From Octopus sinensis (Eukaryota), in assembly GCF_006345805.1 (NCBI RefSeq), contig NC_043003.1, forward strand, positions 98,766,001 to 98,830,000: DNA of 64,000 nt, written 5' to 3'. A program made the translations under genes and the position numbers. This document shows positions 40,777-54,113 of this stretch, in pieces (the first letter of the stretch is position 1; each line of letters begins with the position of its first letter). The notes beneath the pieces are model-generated. The model had not been told where the DNA came from. It did not search any database and saw only the letters and a program-made list of their open reading frames with translations.

Positions 40777-40849
40777 AATGCAAGACCGGTTTCGGACTCT
40801 TCAAATACGTTTGTCAACGTAAATTTGATCAGTCTTCATCAGCTGCATT
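40777..40849 (-). ncRNA. Minimal type I hammerhead ribozyme fold (GUC triplet) within a ~350-bp element lying between (TA)n tracts
   Basis: The minus strand reads AATGCAG-CTGATGA-AGACT.TCAAAT.TACGTT.GACA.AACGTA.TTTGA.AGTCC-GAAA-CCGG-TC-TTGCATT. Stem I is 7 bp and stem II is long, with an A-C mismatch at its base. Confidence 0.8.
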
Positions 40850-41786
40850 TACCTAGATAATATTTCATATGTTGCTACATCAATGCCAGTACACTCGCCT
40901 GAACACTGTTCTCGTTATAGTTAAAGAGGACAACAAATATATATATATATATGTATATATATAATTTAGTGCATATGTATATATTTGTGTGTGCGTGCGT
41001 ATATGCGCGCGCGCATATGTGTGTATGTATGCACTTCTGCTCAAGAAATAGTATTTGTTCTGTAACTGCGCAGAGAAACACATCTTTCCCTTTTTGTCTA
41101 TATTTATCTTATATATTTTGTTTCATTCCAATAATCTAATCACTAGAATTCAAGACCGATTTTATATAAGTCTGGACATTCATACGTGCTATAACGAAAC
41201 GGAAAACGATCAAAGAATTCGCGTTCTTATATTCCAGATATATTTCTTTGCGGATTTTTTATTTTATTTTGCCTTCTTTTGTTCATTTTTGTATTTTCTT
41301 TTGTTTGGTTCCGTTTTGCAATCTATTTCACATTTAGTGCAATACGATATCAGTGGATTCGCTGCCGTGGGAAAACATAAGTAAAGCTATCTCTTGTTTT
41401 GACTTGCTTCTTGCCAACAGTGATTACAATTTAAACAGCAACATTCTTCTTCAAAGTCACACCCCACATATCTATCAACTCACTGCACCACCCCGATTTC
41501 TGAGCATGTGCTACGCACCATTTTGACGCGAGCAGCTTGTATCTCGTGTTTTGAGACAACATTACCACTTAATATTCTGTCAGATGGTGGCGAATGTTCT
41601 TTACGAAGATGTCCCCCAGTGTGCTATGACTGCATCTGGGTTTTAATTCTCAGATTTTTAGTTGCTGCTCTGTTTTCTTGTTGTCGTTGATGATGATGAT
41701 GATGTCGTTGTTGTTGGTTCACTCTGGCATTAAGTGTTAAGACGCATAGACTTGGTAACCATATATTACTACTGCTATTAATAATG

Positions 41787-42000
41787 GTTTCAAATTTTGC
41801 CACGAGGGCAACAATTCTGGGGGAGAGAAAGAGTCGATTACATAGACCCCGGTGTTCAACTGATACTTATTTCATCGAACCCTAAAGGGTAAAAGGTAAA
41901 GTCGACCTCGACAGAATTTGAATTCAGAACGTAAAAACAAACGAAATACCGCTAAGCATTTTGCCGGACTTATTAACAATTCTGCCAGCTCACCGCCTGG
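41787..42000 (-). mobile_element. Full-length Nin-like SINE with 18-bp target-site duplication CTACTGCTATTAATAATG
   Basis: Duplication at 41769-41786 and 42001-42018. Confidence 0.9.
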
Positions 42001-42115
42001 CTACTGCTATTAATAATGCTAAGTAACATGGGCAAGAGGGGACACACTTTGGAGTTGGCAACAATCGAATCCAATTACTGAGCAGTTTTTCATTATTATT
42101 ATTATTATTATTATT

Positions 42116-42671
42116 GAGTGAGAGAGCAGTTCATGCCATCAAAGTGACACTGGGGTAAAATATACGAAGCCCAATATACCCATCATGACTACCCGTCTGA
42201 TAAAGGTACACCAGGCACATGCATCACAACCATATGTGCGCGACATGGTGATCTCATATCAAGATAAACAGCACATGACCTTGCAGGTGGGGCCCAGTTA
42301 GAATTTTCTTCAGGTTGAGTAGCCCATCCCGCTCAAAAGGTCCCTGAATAAGGGTTGTTTAAGGATGTTGAAAGAACCACCCATGTTTCCAGAGGTGAAC
42401 TATTCAAACCCCAAAGAATCCCTCTCAACACATGGCTATGATGCTCCCCCACTACTTCTGCTCGTAATCAGAGATGCACATATCGTCAGCCACCAAGGGA
42501 CATGCTCAACTGGTTAAGGTCAAACAACTGACAAGCAAATCTGTGGTATTGAGCAGAATATTTGCTGTAGCCCATCTCTTATACCAAGACAAAACAATGT
42601 ACATGATAACACTTCCAATCAGTTAAGATCAGAAGCCATGAGAGCCACTGCCTGGTACTGCATCAGGGCAT
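42116..42671 (-). mobile_element. Full-length ~555-bp (TAA)n-inserted non-autonomous element
   Basis: Near-identical to 5587-6138; (ATT)n on both sides. Confidence 0.93.
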
Positions 42672-42674
42672 TTA

Positions 42675-42748
<74 letters not shown>

Positions 42749-43009
42749 GATAGCGTAAGGATACAGGCAGCCAGAACAAATACCACGAGGCATTTTTCTT
42801 AGACGTTGTAACAATTCCATTGCTCACCACCACCACCACCACCACCACCGCTATCACCAACACCATCGCCATACAATCACCACCACCACAAGAATAACAA
42901 TAAAAACAATAGCAACAATGACAATAATAATGATGATGATGACGACAACGACGACGACGACGATGATGATTATTATTATAAAGATGATGAAGATGATGAT
43001 GATATGATG

Positions 43010-43387
43010 AGAGTGCTTACTAATCGACACAGCAATACCCGAAGATCAACATATTAATCATGAAAGAAAGAGAAAATGTCGACAAATATGGTGACCTGAA
43101 AATTGGGTTCGCTAAGATGTGACAGATGCGAGACTAAAACGTAAAGGTTGTTCCTGTTGCCACTGGGTTCAGTTCTACCCAAACTGAAGAAACATCTGGA
43201 CACTTTAGAAATACCCTACAATCTTGATGTATTGTAAAAATCGGCTTTACTGAGGACTGCTCGCTTACTGCGTAAAGTACTTTATGTCTAAGGTCCTTGT
43301 TATAGCTTGAGAGAAAGTACAAATCCCTGGTAGACACAGTATCTTCAATCTACAACATCACAATATTGGTTACTAGGCAAAATCTTC

Positions 43388-43390
<3 letters not shown>
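43010..43390 (+). mobile_element. Degraded R4/Dong 3' end followed by (TAA)n
   Basis: CLLIDTAIPEDQHI, KYGDLKI and KVVPV motifs across frameshifts. Confidence 0.7.
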
Positions 43391-43443
<53 letters not shown>

Positions 43444-43456
43444 TAATAATAATAAC

Positions 43457-43511
<55 letters not shown>

Positions 43512-43533
43512 TAATAATAATAATAATATATAT

Positions 43534-43565
<32 letters not shown>

Positions 43566-44012
43566 GAAGATGGGGGAAGACAGGTACATACATGCATACA
43601 TATGTACATACATACATTTATGAATACACGTATGTGTACGTGTGTGTGTCAGTGCGTATGCTATACATTTATGAAAGTTTTTGTATTCCCGTTCATAAGG
43701 GACCAAGACTACTGTTATTTTCATTCCCAAAGTGTTTCTCCAAACTATTTTATCTCTAACATAATGACATTAAACAAATGCGTTGCGATGAAAAATTACA
43801 GATTTCCGCTTCTGTCAGATAGTCACGTGGGTATGTTGTCTGCTTTTCCTGGTATTATATCAATCATTCTCCAATTCTCACTTTCTTTGTACGTAGCAAC
43901 GCCTATTCTTTTACTCTGTATTTTCACTGCTGTTGCCTGTCTCCCTCATTCAACCTTACCTCATACACTATTACTTCCTTAAATATGTATGCGTTTGTGT
44001 GTGTGTGTGTGT

Positions 44013-44051
<39 letters not shown>

Positions 44052-45330
44052 GCGTCTGTGTGTGCGTGTAACTTAACGGTTCTGCACCTCGTGTCCAGTA
44101 TAATGATTGGGAATGTGAAATTCGAGTAACTTGATGTGCGATGCCAGCTGTTATCCATACACACACGCACACGCCCTCGCACGCACACACACACACACGC
44201 ACACACACACACACACACAAAACAGGTTGTATGGTAAGCTTTTTCAGACTTTTATCGATGATTTTTGACAATTTCTCTCTCCATGTAATATAATTTATTC
44301 GATAAAACGGGAGTCTGGATGGCCCCTGTGCAAGGACAATCCGAACACAGACAGGTCTTGCAAAGAATGACCGGTAGAGCGGATGTGGCGCGAGACCGGA
44401 GTGTCATTGCTGTGTCGGATGTCTCCGAGGTGTTCTGCGAACCGGTCAGCCAAGCGGCGTCCCGTTTGACCGATGTATAGAAAAGGGCAGTGAGAGCAAG
44501 TGATACAGTAGATGACATTGCTAGAAGTGCAGGTGAAGGAGTCGGTGATATGATAGGGTCGATGTTAGGTACCGGTGAGGAGGGTAGTGTTGGAGAGGTA
44601 AGGGCAAGTGCGGCAGCGTGGGCGGGAGCAGGGGAACGAACCGGTTTGGGAGTTGGGTTAGGGAAGAGGCTGTGGACCAAGAGCTCCCGTAGGTTGTGGG
44701 ATCATTTGAAGGAGGAAAGAGGTCGGTTAGGGAAGATGTGCGAAGTAGAAAGTTGGAGTGGTGTCGCCGGAAGGCTCGGAGAATGATGCATTGGAGAGGT
44801 AGGGTGGTGGGGTGGCAGGTGAGGGGAAACGAAGGATGTTCTATCTGTGTCTGCATTTGCGTTTACTTTTACACCGTATATAACACGGGTGTTTATATTT
44901 ACACCGTATATAACATCGTATATAACCAGAAACGCTTCCACAAATAACGGTCGACAAAATAAGTACCATCCTTTAGAAAAAATAATGAACCTGATTTGAT
45001 CGACTGCACTCATAAAGAAAGTTCTCAGCACGGTCACAAGCCCAAGATGATAACTATAAGTGAGTAAGAAAGATATCAAAGCACTACACACGCGCACACT
45101 CATACATTTACATACACACACTTATACATTTCATTCATATCCACATATATGTGTATGTATGTGTATATGTGTACGTGTAAAATAGCGCAATTGGAAGAAG
45201 AGGGATAATATGACGTGAGCAGTTATAACATGTAGGCAAAAATTCGAAAAATGATGGACGAAATGTGAACATACACACGTGCGCAAATAGAAACAAGAAA
45301 ATTTGTGCACAATGATTTGTACGTGTGTGT

Positions 45331-45370
<40 letters not shown>

Positions 45371-45872
45371 GTGTGTGGTGTGTGTGTGTGTGTGTGTGTG
45401 TGCCTGTATGTTAAGTCAAGCTGCTGCAGTTTATGTTCGCTATATTCTGTTGCCTGATTAACCAAAAGCTGAAAGCTTTGTAACATCTATAAAATTTCAG
45501 ATATGTAAAGAATATATACGCTATAACAACACTAACTCACTCAACTCACATTCTACACAGCTGTCACTCATTAATACAACGCAACACAACCCATACAGCA
45601 CACAAGAAACACAATCGCCATCCAAGGAAAAACGAAGAGAAAAAACACAACTCATATTGCATACAACCTACATGACAAACAAACAAAACACTAAAATAAC
45701 ACCAGAAACAACAAAGCTAATCCCATAACAATGTTAAACTGATGTCGTGTATACGAACATAAGGCTTCACACACACACACACACACATACTGAGTACAAT
45801 GATGTTGCAATCACCTCAGGAGCACAGAACTGCACCTGGTGGTGCAGTAGAAACTTGTTCAAAACAGTTGCA

Positions 45873-45925
<53 letters not shown>

Positions 45926-45987
45926 TAATAATAATAATAATAATGATAATAATAACAATAATAATGATAATAATAACAATAATGATG

Positions 45988-46062
<75 letters not shown>

Positions 46063-46064
46063 TA

Positions 46065-46543
46065 ATGTACATTGATTTGTCTTGGTATAAAAGATGGGCT
46101 ACAGCAAATATTCTGCTCAATACCACAGATTTGCTTGTCAGTTGTTTGACCTTAACCAGTTGAGCATGTCCCTTACTGGCTGACGATATGTGCATCTCTG
46201 ATTCACGAGCAGAAGTAGTGGGGGAGCATCATAGCCGTGTGTTGAGAGGGATTCTTTGGGGTTTGAATAATTCACCTCTGGAAACATGGATGTTTCGTTC
46301 AATATCCTTAAACAACCCTTATTCAGGGACCTTTCGAGTTACTCGACCTGAAAAAATTCTAACTGGGCCCACCTGCAAGGTCATGTGCTGTTTATCTTGA
46401 TATGAGATCACTATGTCGCGCACATATGGCTGTGATGCATGTGCCTAGTGTACGCTTATCAGACGGGTAGTCATGATGGGTATAATGGGCTTCGTATATT
46501 TTACCCCAGTGTCACTTTGATGGCATGCACTGCTCTCTCACTC
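46065..46543 (+). mobile_element. 5'-truncated ~555-bp (TAA)n-inserted element
   Basis: Ends CTCTCTCACTC-(AAT)n. Confidence 0.92.
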
Positions 46544-46593
46544 AATAATAGAAATAATAATAATTATTAATATTATAATTATTATTATTATTA

Positions 46594-46642
<49 letters not shown>

Positions 46643-46659
46643 CATTATTATTATTATTT

Positions 46660-47068
46660 CATTTATTTCCCACAAGGGCGAAGGATGAGGGGAGGCACAA
46701 GGCCTGAAATTTTGGGATAAAGAGGACTATCGATTACATCGTCCCCGGTCTTCAACTGGTACTCATTTTATCGACCGCGAAAGGATGAAAGGTGAAGTCG
46801 ACCTTGGCGGAATTAGAATCAGAGCGTATCGACTGACGAAATGCCGCTAAGCATCTTTCTATTATAAGCACAGGACCTGAAAGTTTGGTAGTGGGAGTTA
46901 GGCAATTATATCGCTCCCAGTGCGTAACTGGTACTTATTTCATCGACCTCGATGCGATGAAAGGCGAAGTCGATCTCGGCGAAACGTGAACCCAGAACAT
47001 GAAGTCTTATGATGAAATGCCGATAAATATTTTGCCTGGAATGCTAACGATTCCGCCAAGCAACCGCC

Positions 47069-47070
<2 letters not shown>
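46660..47070 (-). mobile_element. Two tandem Nin-like SINE units
   Basis: ACTGGTACT..TCGACC..GATGAAAGG.GAAGTCGA occurs twice; the complete head is only at the right. Confidence 0.82.
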
Positions 47071-47131
<61 letters not shown>

Positions 47132-47147
47132 TAATAATAATAATAAT

Positions 47148-47366
47148 GAGCAGGATGGGCTACTCAACCTGAAGAAAATTCTAACTGGGCCCCACCTGCA
47201 AGGTCATGTGCTGTTTATCTTGATATGAGATCACCATGTTGTGCACATATGGTTGTGATGCATGTGCCTGGTGTACCCTTATCAGACGGGTAGTTATGAT
47301 GGGTATATTGGGCTTCGTATATTTTACCCCAGTGTCACTTTGATGGCATGAACTGCTCTCTCACTC
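47148..47366 (+). mobile_element. Heavily 5'-truncated (TAA)n-inserted element
   Basis: 3' 220 bp of the family, within (AAT)n. Confidence 0.92.
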
Positions 47367-47379
47367 AATAATAATAATG

Positions 47380-47431
<52 letters not shown>

Positions 47432-47438
47432 TAATAAG

Positions 47439-47497
<59 letters not shown>

Positions 47498-47587
47498 GAA
47501 GAAGAGAAGAAGAAGAGAAGAAGAAGAAGAAGAAGAAGAAGAGAAGAAGAAGAAGAAGAAGAAGAAGAAGAAGAAGAAGAAGAAGAA

Positions 47588-48248
47588 GAAACTGCAGAAT
47601 ATGTGGAGATGGAGAAGAAACAATAAATCATATTGCCTCTGGCTGCTCATTCCTGGCTAAGAAGGAATATATACACGGACACGACAGAATTGGGATCTAT
47701 ATACATTGGAAGTTATGCCAACATTATAGAATAACAACAGAAAAAAGATGGGATAGGCACATGCCAGAAAAGGCCACAGAAAATGAGACAGCAACAATAC
47801 ACAAGGATATACCAATACACACAGAGAGAGAAATTAAGGCTAATAGGGCCGGATATAGTTGTCAGAGATCACCAAGAAATTAAATGCTTTCTAATCGATG
47901 TATCAATACCAAAAGATGATAAAATTTCTCAAAAAGAAACTTTCAAACCTCAAAGATCTGAAAATAGAGGTACATCGAATGTGGAGCTTAAAAATAGAAA
48001 CATTTCGTAACATTGTAAGCACATTAGGTATGATAAAAAAAACATTCTGAGAAATACATTAAAAAAACTGGTGCTTACAAGTACATAAAACATACAGAAA
48101 GTAGCACTACTACGCACCGCACACATCCTACGTAAAACACTTTCAATGCAGTGAAAACAAGAGTACCACAACCAACCACAGTACATACACAAGGCATACA
48201 AAGCTGCACTTGATAGTGCGGTGAAAGCACGTGATAAAAATAAAACTA

Positions 48249-48252
<4 letters not shown>
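47588..48252 (+). mobile_element. R4/Dong LINE 3' fragment (zinc knuckle, endonuclease, 3' UTR) ending in (TAA)n
   Basis: CRICGDGEETINHIASGC..HDRIGIYIHWKLC; PDIVVRD..CFLIDVSIP; IQKVALLRTAHILRKTL. Confidence 0.88.
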
Positions 48253-48286
<34 letters not shown>

Positions 48287-48670
48287 TAATAATAATAATA
48301 TTTTTTATTTCTTTATTGCTCATAGGGGACTAAACACAAAGAGGACAAACAAGGACAGACAAACGGATTAAGTCGTAACTGGTACTCAATTTATCGACCC
48401 CGAAATGATGAAGGGCAAAGTCCACCTCGGCGGTCATGACGGTCTTATTTCAGGAGATAATGGGATAATAATGGACACATCTTTCTGCGCCTAGAGTCGT
48501 CATCATCAGCACAATTTGCATAATTACACAGTTATGGTTTATTTTCCTTGGCTCAATTCAACTCAGTCTTATTTGCCATTTAGTAATTGCGACACATCAA
48601 GGAGCTAAGATAATTGTAATAAATCAAGAATTCATACTGTATAGTATTTGATATACCTGTCTTTATGAAT

Positions 48671-48744
<74 letters not shown>

Positions 48745-48776
48745 TATATATATAATATATATATATATATATTATA

Positions 48777-48809
<33 letters not shown>

Positions 48810-48894
48810 AGATATATATAGTCCTAAATCTCCCAAACATAAGCATCTCATGATATATGAAATATCCTGATTTTTGCGACCTACCAGATTCCGA

Positions 48895-48935
<41 letters not shown>

Positions 48936-49285
48936 TTGACGAAAAATTCGTAAAATATTTCCGAATTCTACTTTTGAGGTTCCCAGTGAACATATCCCCA
49001 AAATCATATATGGAATACATATGCACGCTAAGAGTAACGAATCATGCAATTGAAATCTTTGGAAACACGCATACTCACGTGTGCGGTTTTATCCACACGC
49101 GCACACATATTTACATACACTTCGAACGAACACAACTACACGAAGAGCTATTTTCATTTAAATACGAGAGCCTTGACCAGCTTGAATGCTCAAAGGAAAA
49201 ACTTAAGGTAAATTCGAAAGAAGCACGCATACAAACACATACATAACTATACATGCATACATACATACATACATACATACATACA

Positions 49286-49318
<33 letters not shown>

Positions 49319-49594
49319 GCGTACGTACATACAGGTGTGTGTGTGTACATGCAAATATGTTTGTATATGTATATATTAATTTTTACAAAGAAACGATTGA
49401 CAGTATCTTCGAACAACCCGTTGAATCTTTCATGATACTGCGAATTTTTTCTTATAAAATTTAATGATTGTGTACTTTACAAAATGTATTCAGCAATCCT
49501 TCAGTTTAATGGTAAATTGTTTGTATATACAGAATTAAAAATTAGCACACACACATACACACACACACACACAAACACCATGTGAATGTGTACG

Positions 49595-49641
<47 letters not shown>

Positions 49642-49642
<1 letters not shown>

Positions 49643-50020
49643 CGAGCAAAACGCCCCGCCGTCCAATGGACGGTGCTGAGTTGTCAAACATTTAAACCAA
49701 ATTTTCTCAAAACAACTTGTCCGACCGTCCCCATAGGCCTCCCCTTTGAGAAACACTGATTTAACCTAAATTTGAGACACCAGCAAAAGACGGATTTCGA
49801 CTGATATACTTGCGCGTACAAATGCATGTTCCCACGGCTTTATCGATCACATTCTCACCTGGAATCGATTTTTGTAATTTTTTCAAAACTTGTACACGCC
49901 CTGATTCGGTCGGTCTTTACATATCAAATTTGAGCGCAATCGGATGGAGGATGCCCGAGATCCTAGAACACACACACACACACACACACACACAGAGATA
50001 GAACGGATTTTATATAATAT
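49642..50020 (-). mobile_element. Non-autonomous Helitron-like element
   Basis: Minus 5' end TATATAAAATCCGTTCTATCTC(TG)n..CATCCGATTGCGCTCAAATTTG; 3' hairpin CCGTCCA-T-TGGACGG about 12 nt before CTCGT (a variant of CTRR). Confidence 0.6.
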
Positions 50021-50519
50021 ATACGTGTGTGTCTGCGTGTGTGTGTGTGTGCGTGTGTGTGTGTGTCTTTGTATAATATTTATATTTGCTGCCTGTGCAT
50101 GTTTTGTAGTCTTATCGAGTATGTATAAATGTATATCAATATAGGGGTTCTGTTGACATATTCAACAGCGGGTCAACGTACTTTAACGTCTCAAAGTATA
50201 CAAAACGCATTGAACAATGTAGCCCTACACATGTTACCAATATGGCTGAATGTAATGATACAGGTTACCAAACGCCCTTGCCTTGGGCAATTAAATCACT
50301 GCTCTGCTGTATTTGCCCTAGTCAGAGCAAAAAAAAACTGAAGGAGAAAACCTAAATTCTAACCCTGGTACGTGGCAACATTAAGGGATTAAGGGCGTAT
50401 GTTTACTTAGAGTTTTTGCAGTATCTTTCATTCTGTCATTTTAGGTCTACAAATCAGACCTTTTCTTGTGAGCTAGAAACAGTTATTCCTCTCCTATTTG
50501 CGATCGCTACTAATGCTAA

Positions 50520-51420
50520 TATAAACACAGAAGCAGAAATTTCGAAGAGGTGATTTCATCGACCCCAGTACTTGACTACTTTAATTATCTTGCAGTGTTG
50601 AAAGGCAAAATTCATCATGGCGGTGTTTCAGCTTAAAACGTAAAGCGCCAGATGAACTATACTTTCTATTAATGACACAAGGCCTGAAATTTGGCGGGAG
50701 GAGACTAGTCGATTACATCGACCCCAGTGTTTCAATCACTTGTACTTAATTTATCGACCCCGAAAAGATGAAAGGCAAAGTCGACCTCACCGGAATTTGA
50801 ACTCAGAACGTAAAAGCGGACGAAATGCCGCTAAGCATTTTGCACGCGATTATGCCAATTCGCTGCCTTTAGTCCAATGAAATATCGAAAGGTATTTTTG
50901 CATGATTCTCTAATGATTCTGCTAATCTAGGTACCTAATCCAACGGTAAAATATTTAAGTAGATCTTTTCATGTAGGTGAGAAACAAGCACAGGTCCTCC
51001 TGGTCGTTAGTAATCTGGTTTTAAACTAGTGACCCAAGGTCAAACACTTAGATAGATGTGGATTAAAAGTGTTCATCATTCCCAGAAATTCCCTTCACTC
51101 TTTTTAATCGACCACGGAGGATTAAAGAACCGAATGAAATATTGGTTTCAAATTTTGGCACAAGGCCTCCAATTTCGGAGGAAGGAACAGTCGATTACAT
51201 CGACCCGAGTACTCAACAGGTATTATTTTAACGACCTCGAGAAGATGAAAGGTAAAGTCAACTTTGAAAGAATTTGAACTCGGAGCGCCAAGACGAACGA
51301 AATGGCGCTAAGTATTTTGCCCGGCTTGCCAAAGATTCTGCCTGCTCACCACCTTAGCCGGATGAAATATTGCGAGATATTTTGTCTGACGCTCTAACGA
51401 TTCTGTCAACTCATCGCTTT
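50520..51420 (-). mobile_element. Cluster of Nin-like SINEs; younger copies (~50660-50870, ~51143-51355) nested in older ones
   Basis: Recognisable central domains; ATGAAATATT duplicated at ~51134 and ~51362. Confidence 0.8.
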
Positions 51421-51479
51421 ATAATAATGCCGAAATAAAAAAAAAAGAATTCTCTTGCCAGCAGCTATTACACGTTATC

Positions 51480-51880
51480 ATGTAAACCTCCATACCGACC
51501 CGTTCGACGTCTGAGGTCATCATGAACGGAACCCATCAACGAAACGCATCAAAGAAATACCTGGAGAATAGTGATGACATAACACTATATGAGTAAGGAT
51601 GCCGTCACGATCACTTGTGGTCGCCATTCTTAGCAACAGCAGCCACATTATTAACTGGAAACGCAATCCTGGTCTGTGCCTAAACGACGGCAACAAGAGC
51701 AAAAACATCAAGAAAAACAACTTTAGCTGTGAATTTAGCAAGATATTAAATGTTGGGGAAGTGTAAAATTCATGAAAACAAAACCGGGAAGGCGGTGTTT
51801 TCCTTCAAGCTGTGAAGGAAACCAAATGCCTTCCCCCCACCCTCGTTGGATGGATTACATCAGTAGTGCCAGCTTTTTTA
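51480..51880 (+). mobile_element. Possible highly degraded RTE-like LINE 3' end
   Basis: Terminal ..PRWMDYI resembles the GRPxxRWxDxI ending of RTE ORFs; the rest is decayed. Confidence 0.35.
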
Positions 51881-52713
51881 ACTAACACATGCTGTGCTTT
51901 GTATAAACATAGACCTAAATACAAGTAAACACAGTATAGATGTGTGTGTAAATACATACATATTATTATACATATAGACATACATGTATAGGCAGTGCAT
52001 CTACATTTACACTTATATCGCATGCATTTGTAGCATTTATGAATGCATTACATCAATGTATACACAATGTATATGTATGTATTTACTTGTGTATATATAT
52101 ATATATATAATATATATTATATATATATATTTACATGTGTGTCTATGTGTGTGCGTGTATATACATTTATATATATATATATTATATATTATATATATAT
52201 ATATAATATTATACATATATATTCATATGTTCGTGCGTGTGTGTATGTATATGTGTGTGTGTGTATATATGTGTGTGTGTGTGTATGTGTGTGATTCGTG
52301 TGCAAAATTTTGTTTAATTGGAAGTATCTATTAAAGTGTAATTATATGCATGAATACAAACATTTATGCATTAAGTACGTATCGGTTTGGTGTGGAGGAA
52401 GGGGCATATGGCGGATCTCCAAAACCAGTGACTTTTTTGGTGGTCTGCCTTTTACAGGGCTTCAACAGTTGCAACTTTACGTGTACAGGATGGGCATGTT
52501 CTAAGAGGGTGAATTCTAGAGCGAAAAATGTTCTGGAGAACAACAATTGGACAAATATCTTAGATTAGGTTCTTAGTCGGTGAACACTATATGGGTGGCG
52601 AGCGGAAGAATAACTAATTAAATGAGAGAAAATGGAGATAGTAGAAGGACCAGCAAGCTTTGAATGGGGGAGGCCGCTCTGATTGCTGTAAAGGAGACAA
52701 TAGGCGGTGATTA

Positions 52714-52945
52714 AGGCGGTGAGCTGGCAGAAACGTTAGCACGCCGGGCGCAATGCTTAGCAGCATTTCGTCTGCCGCTACGTTCTGAGTTCAAATTCCG
52801 CGGAGGTCGACTTTGCCTTTCATCCTTTCGGGGTCGATTAAATAAGTACCACTTACGCACTGGGGTCGATGTAATCGATTTAGTCCCTTTGTCTGTCCTT
52901 GTTTGTCCTCTCTATGTGTAGCTCCTTGTGGGCAATAAAGAATTG
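52714..52945 (+). mobile_element. Full-length Nin-like SINE with target-site duplication AATARGCGGTGAT
   Basis: Duplication at 52699-52711 and 52946-52958. Confidence 0.92.
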
Positions 52946-53334
52946 AATAAGCGGTGATAGTACATAACAGAACGAAACATTTGAATGCGTTGAGAATTGA
53001 TTTCATTCAAATCGCTTAGATGACCCTTTTGAGTGATAGATTGTATGTCATTCATATCTATAGTAGTAGCACTGCCATATAATATGGGAGCAATATTCCT
53101 TTGCAGGACTTACGAAAGTATCATATAGGAAACTGCGTTATTTCCTAGCCTGAAAGACGTAAGCTAGTCCCCGTGGTGCAGTTATTGCTAGGTCATGAAT
53201 GTTACATCGCTAGCCGAGATCCTCATTTATTTGTGAGTCCTAACAGTTGAAATTCCATTAAGGGAGTAAGCTGCACGTTGCCTAAAGATGATATCGTACA
53301 AGATTATTTCCCTGGTTTCTTTAATGTCTTTATT

Positions 53335-53722
53335 TCTTATTTGTTTCAGTTATTCGACTGCAGCCATGCTGGAAAACCCACCTGCAAGCGTTTTGGTCGA
53401 ACGGATCGATCCCAGCACGTTTTTTTTAAAAGCTTAGTATTCATTCTATCGAACTGTTTTGTTGAACTGCTAATTTACGGGAACGTAAACACGCCAACAC
53501 CGGTGTCAAGCGGCGGTGGGATACAAACACAGACACGAAGAAACACACACACACACATACTCATATATATTCGACGGGTTTCTTTCAGTTTCTGTCTACC
53601 AAATCCACTCACTCAGTTCTGGTCGGCCCGGGACTATAGTAAGAGACACTTACCGAAGGTGCTACGCAGTAGGACCGAATCCGAAATCTTGGGAAAAGCT
53701 TCATACCACACAGCGACGCCTG
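53335..53722 (-). mobile_element. Diverged CORE-like SINE
   Basis: GACTGCAGCCATGCTGG..TTCTTTCAGTTTCTGTCTACCAAATCCACTCAC..TACCACACAGC. Confidence 0.82.
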
Positions 53723-53859
53723 ACCCTATATGTATTGATTTTAATTCTTTGCTAGCAAAGGAGACAAAGTTAGTATGATTCTATTTGGTATTGTCTTTTA
53801 AGGTATCTATTCAAATAGTTTGTACTGGTTTGATGTATATGTGCTGTCTCTGGAAGTAT

Positions 53860-54065
53860 ATGTGACCGCGTGTGCACCGTTAGCGATTTTTTCTCTCTGT
53901 CTTCCCTTCTCTGGATCTTTCCTTCTCCTATGTTTCCGACGAAGAGCTCCGCTCGAAACGTTACACCCGCCTTCTTTCCTGAGCGTCCAATAATACTAAA
54001 TTTGTTCCACGTCCTCGCGTTGTTGTGTTTTTTTTTTGTGCTTTCTTGTTTGGATTAACTTTAAC
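53860..54065 (+). mobile_element. Short (TA)n-associated element with variant hammerhead-like core CCGACGA-A-GAGCTCCGCTC-GAAA-CGTTA
   Basis: Homologous to 20254-20470. Confidence 0.8.
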
Positions 54066-54078
54066 TAACTATATATAT

Positions 54079-54113
<35 letters not shown>

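Noticed and set aside
42600-42671. Possible HDV-like or hammerhead ribozyme at the 5' end of the 555-bp element (CTGATGC)
   Set aside because: The core is not CUGANGA, there is no matching GAAA and stems, and I could not build the nested pseudoknot by eye.
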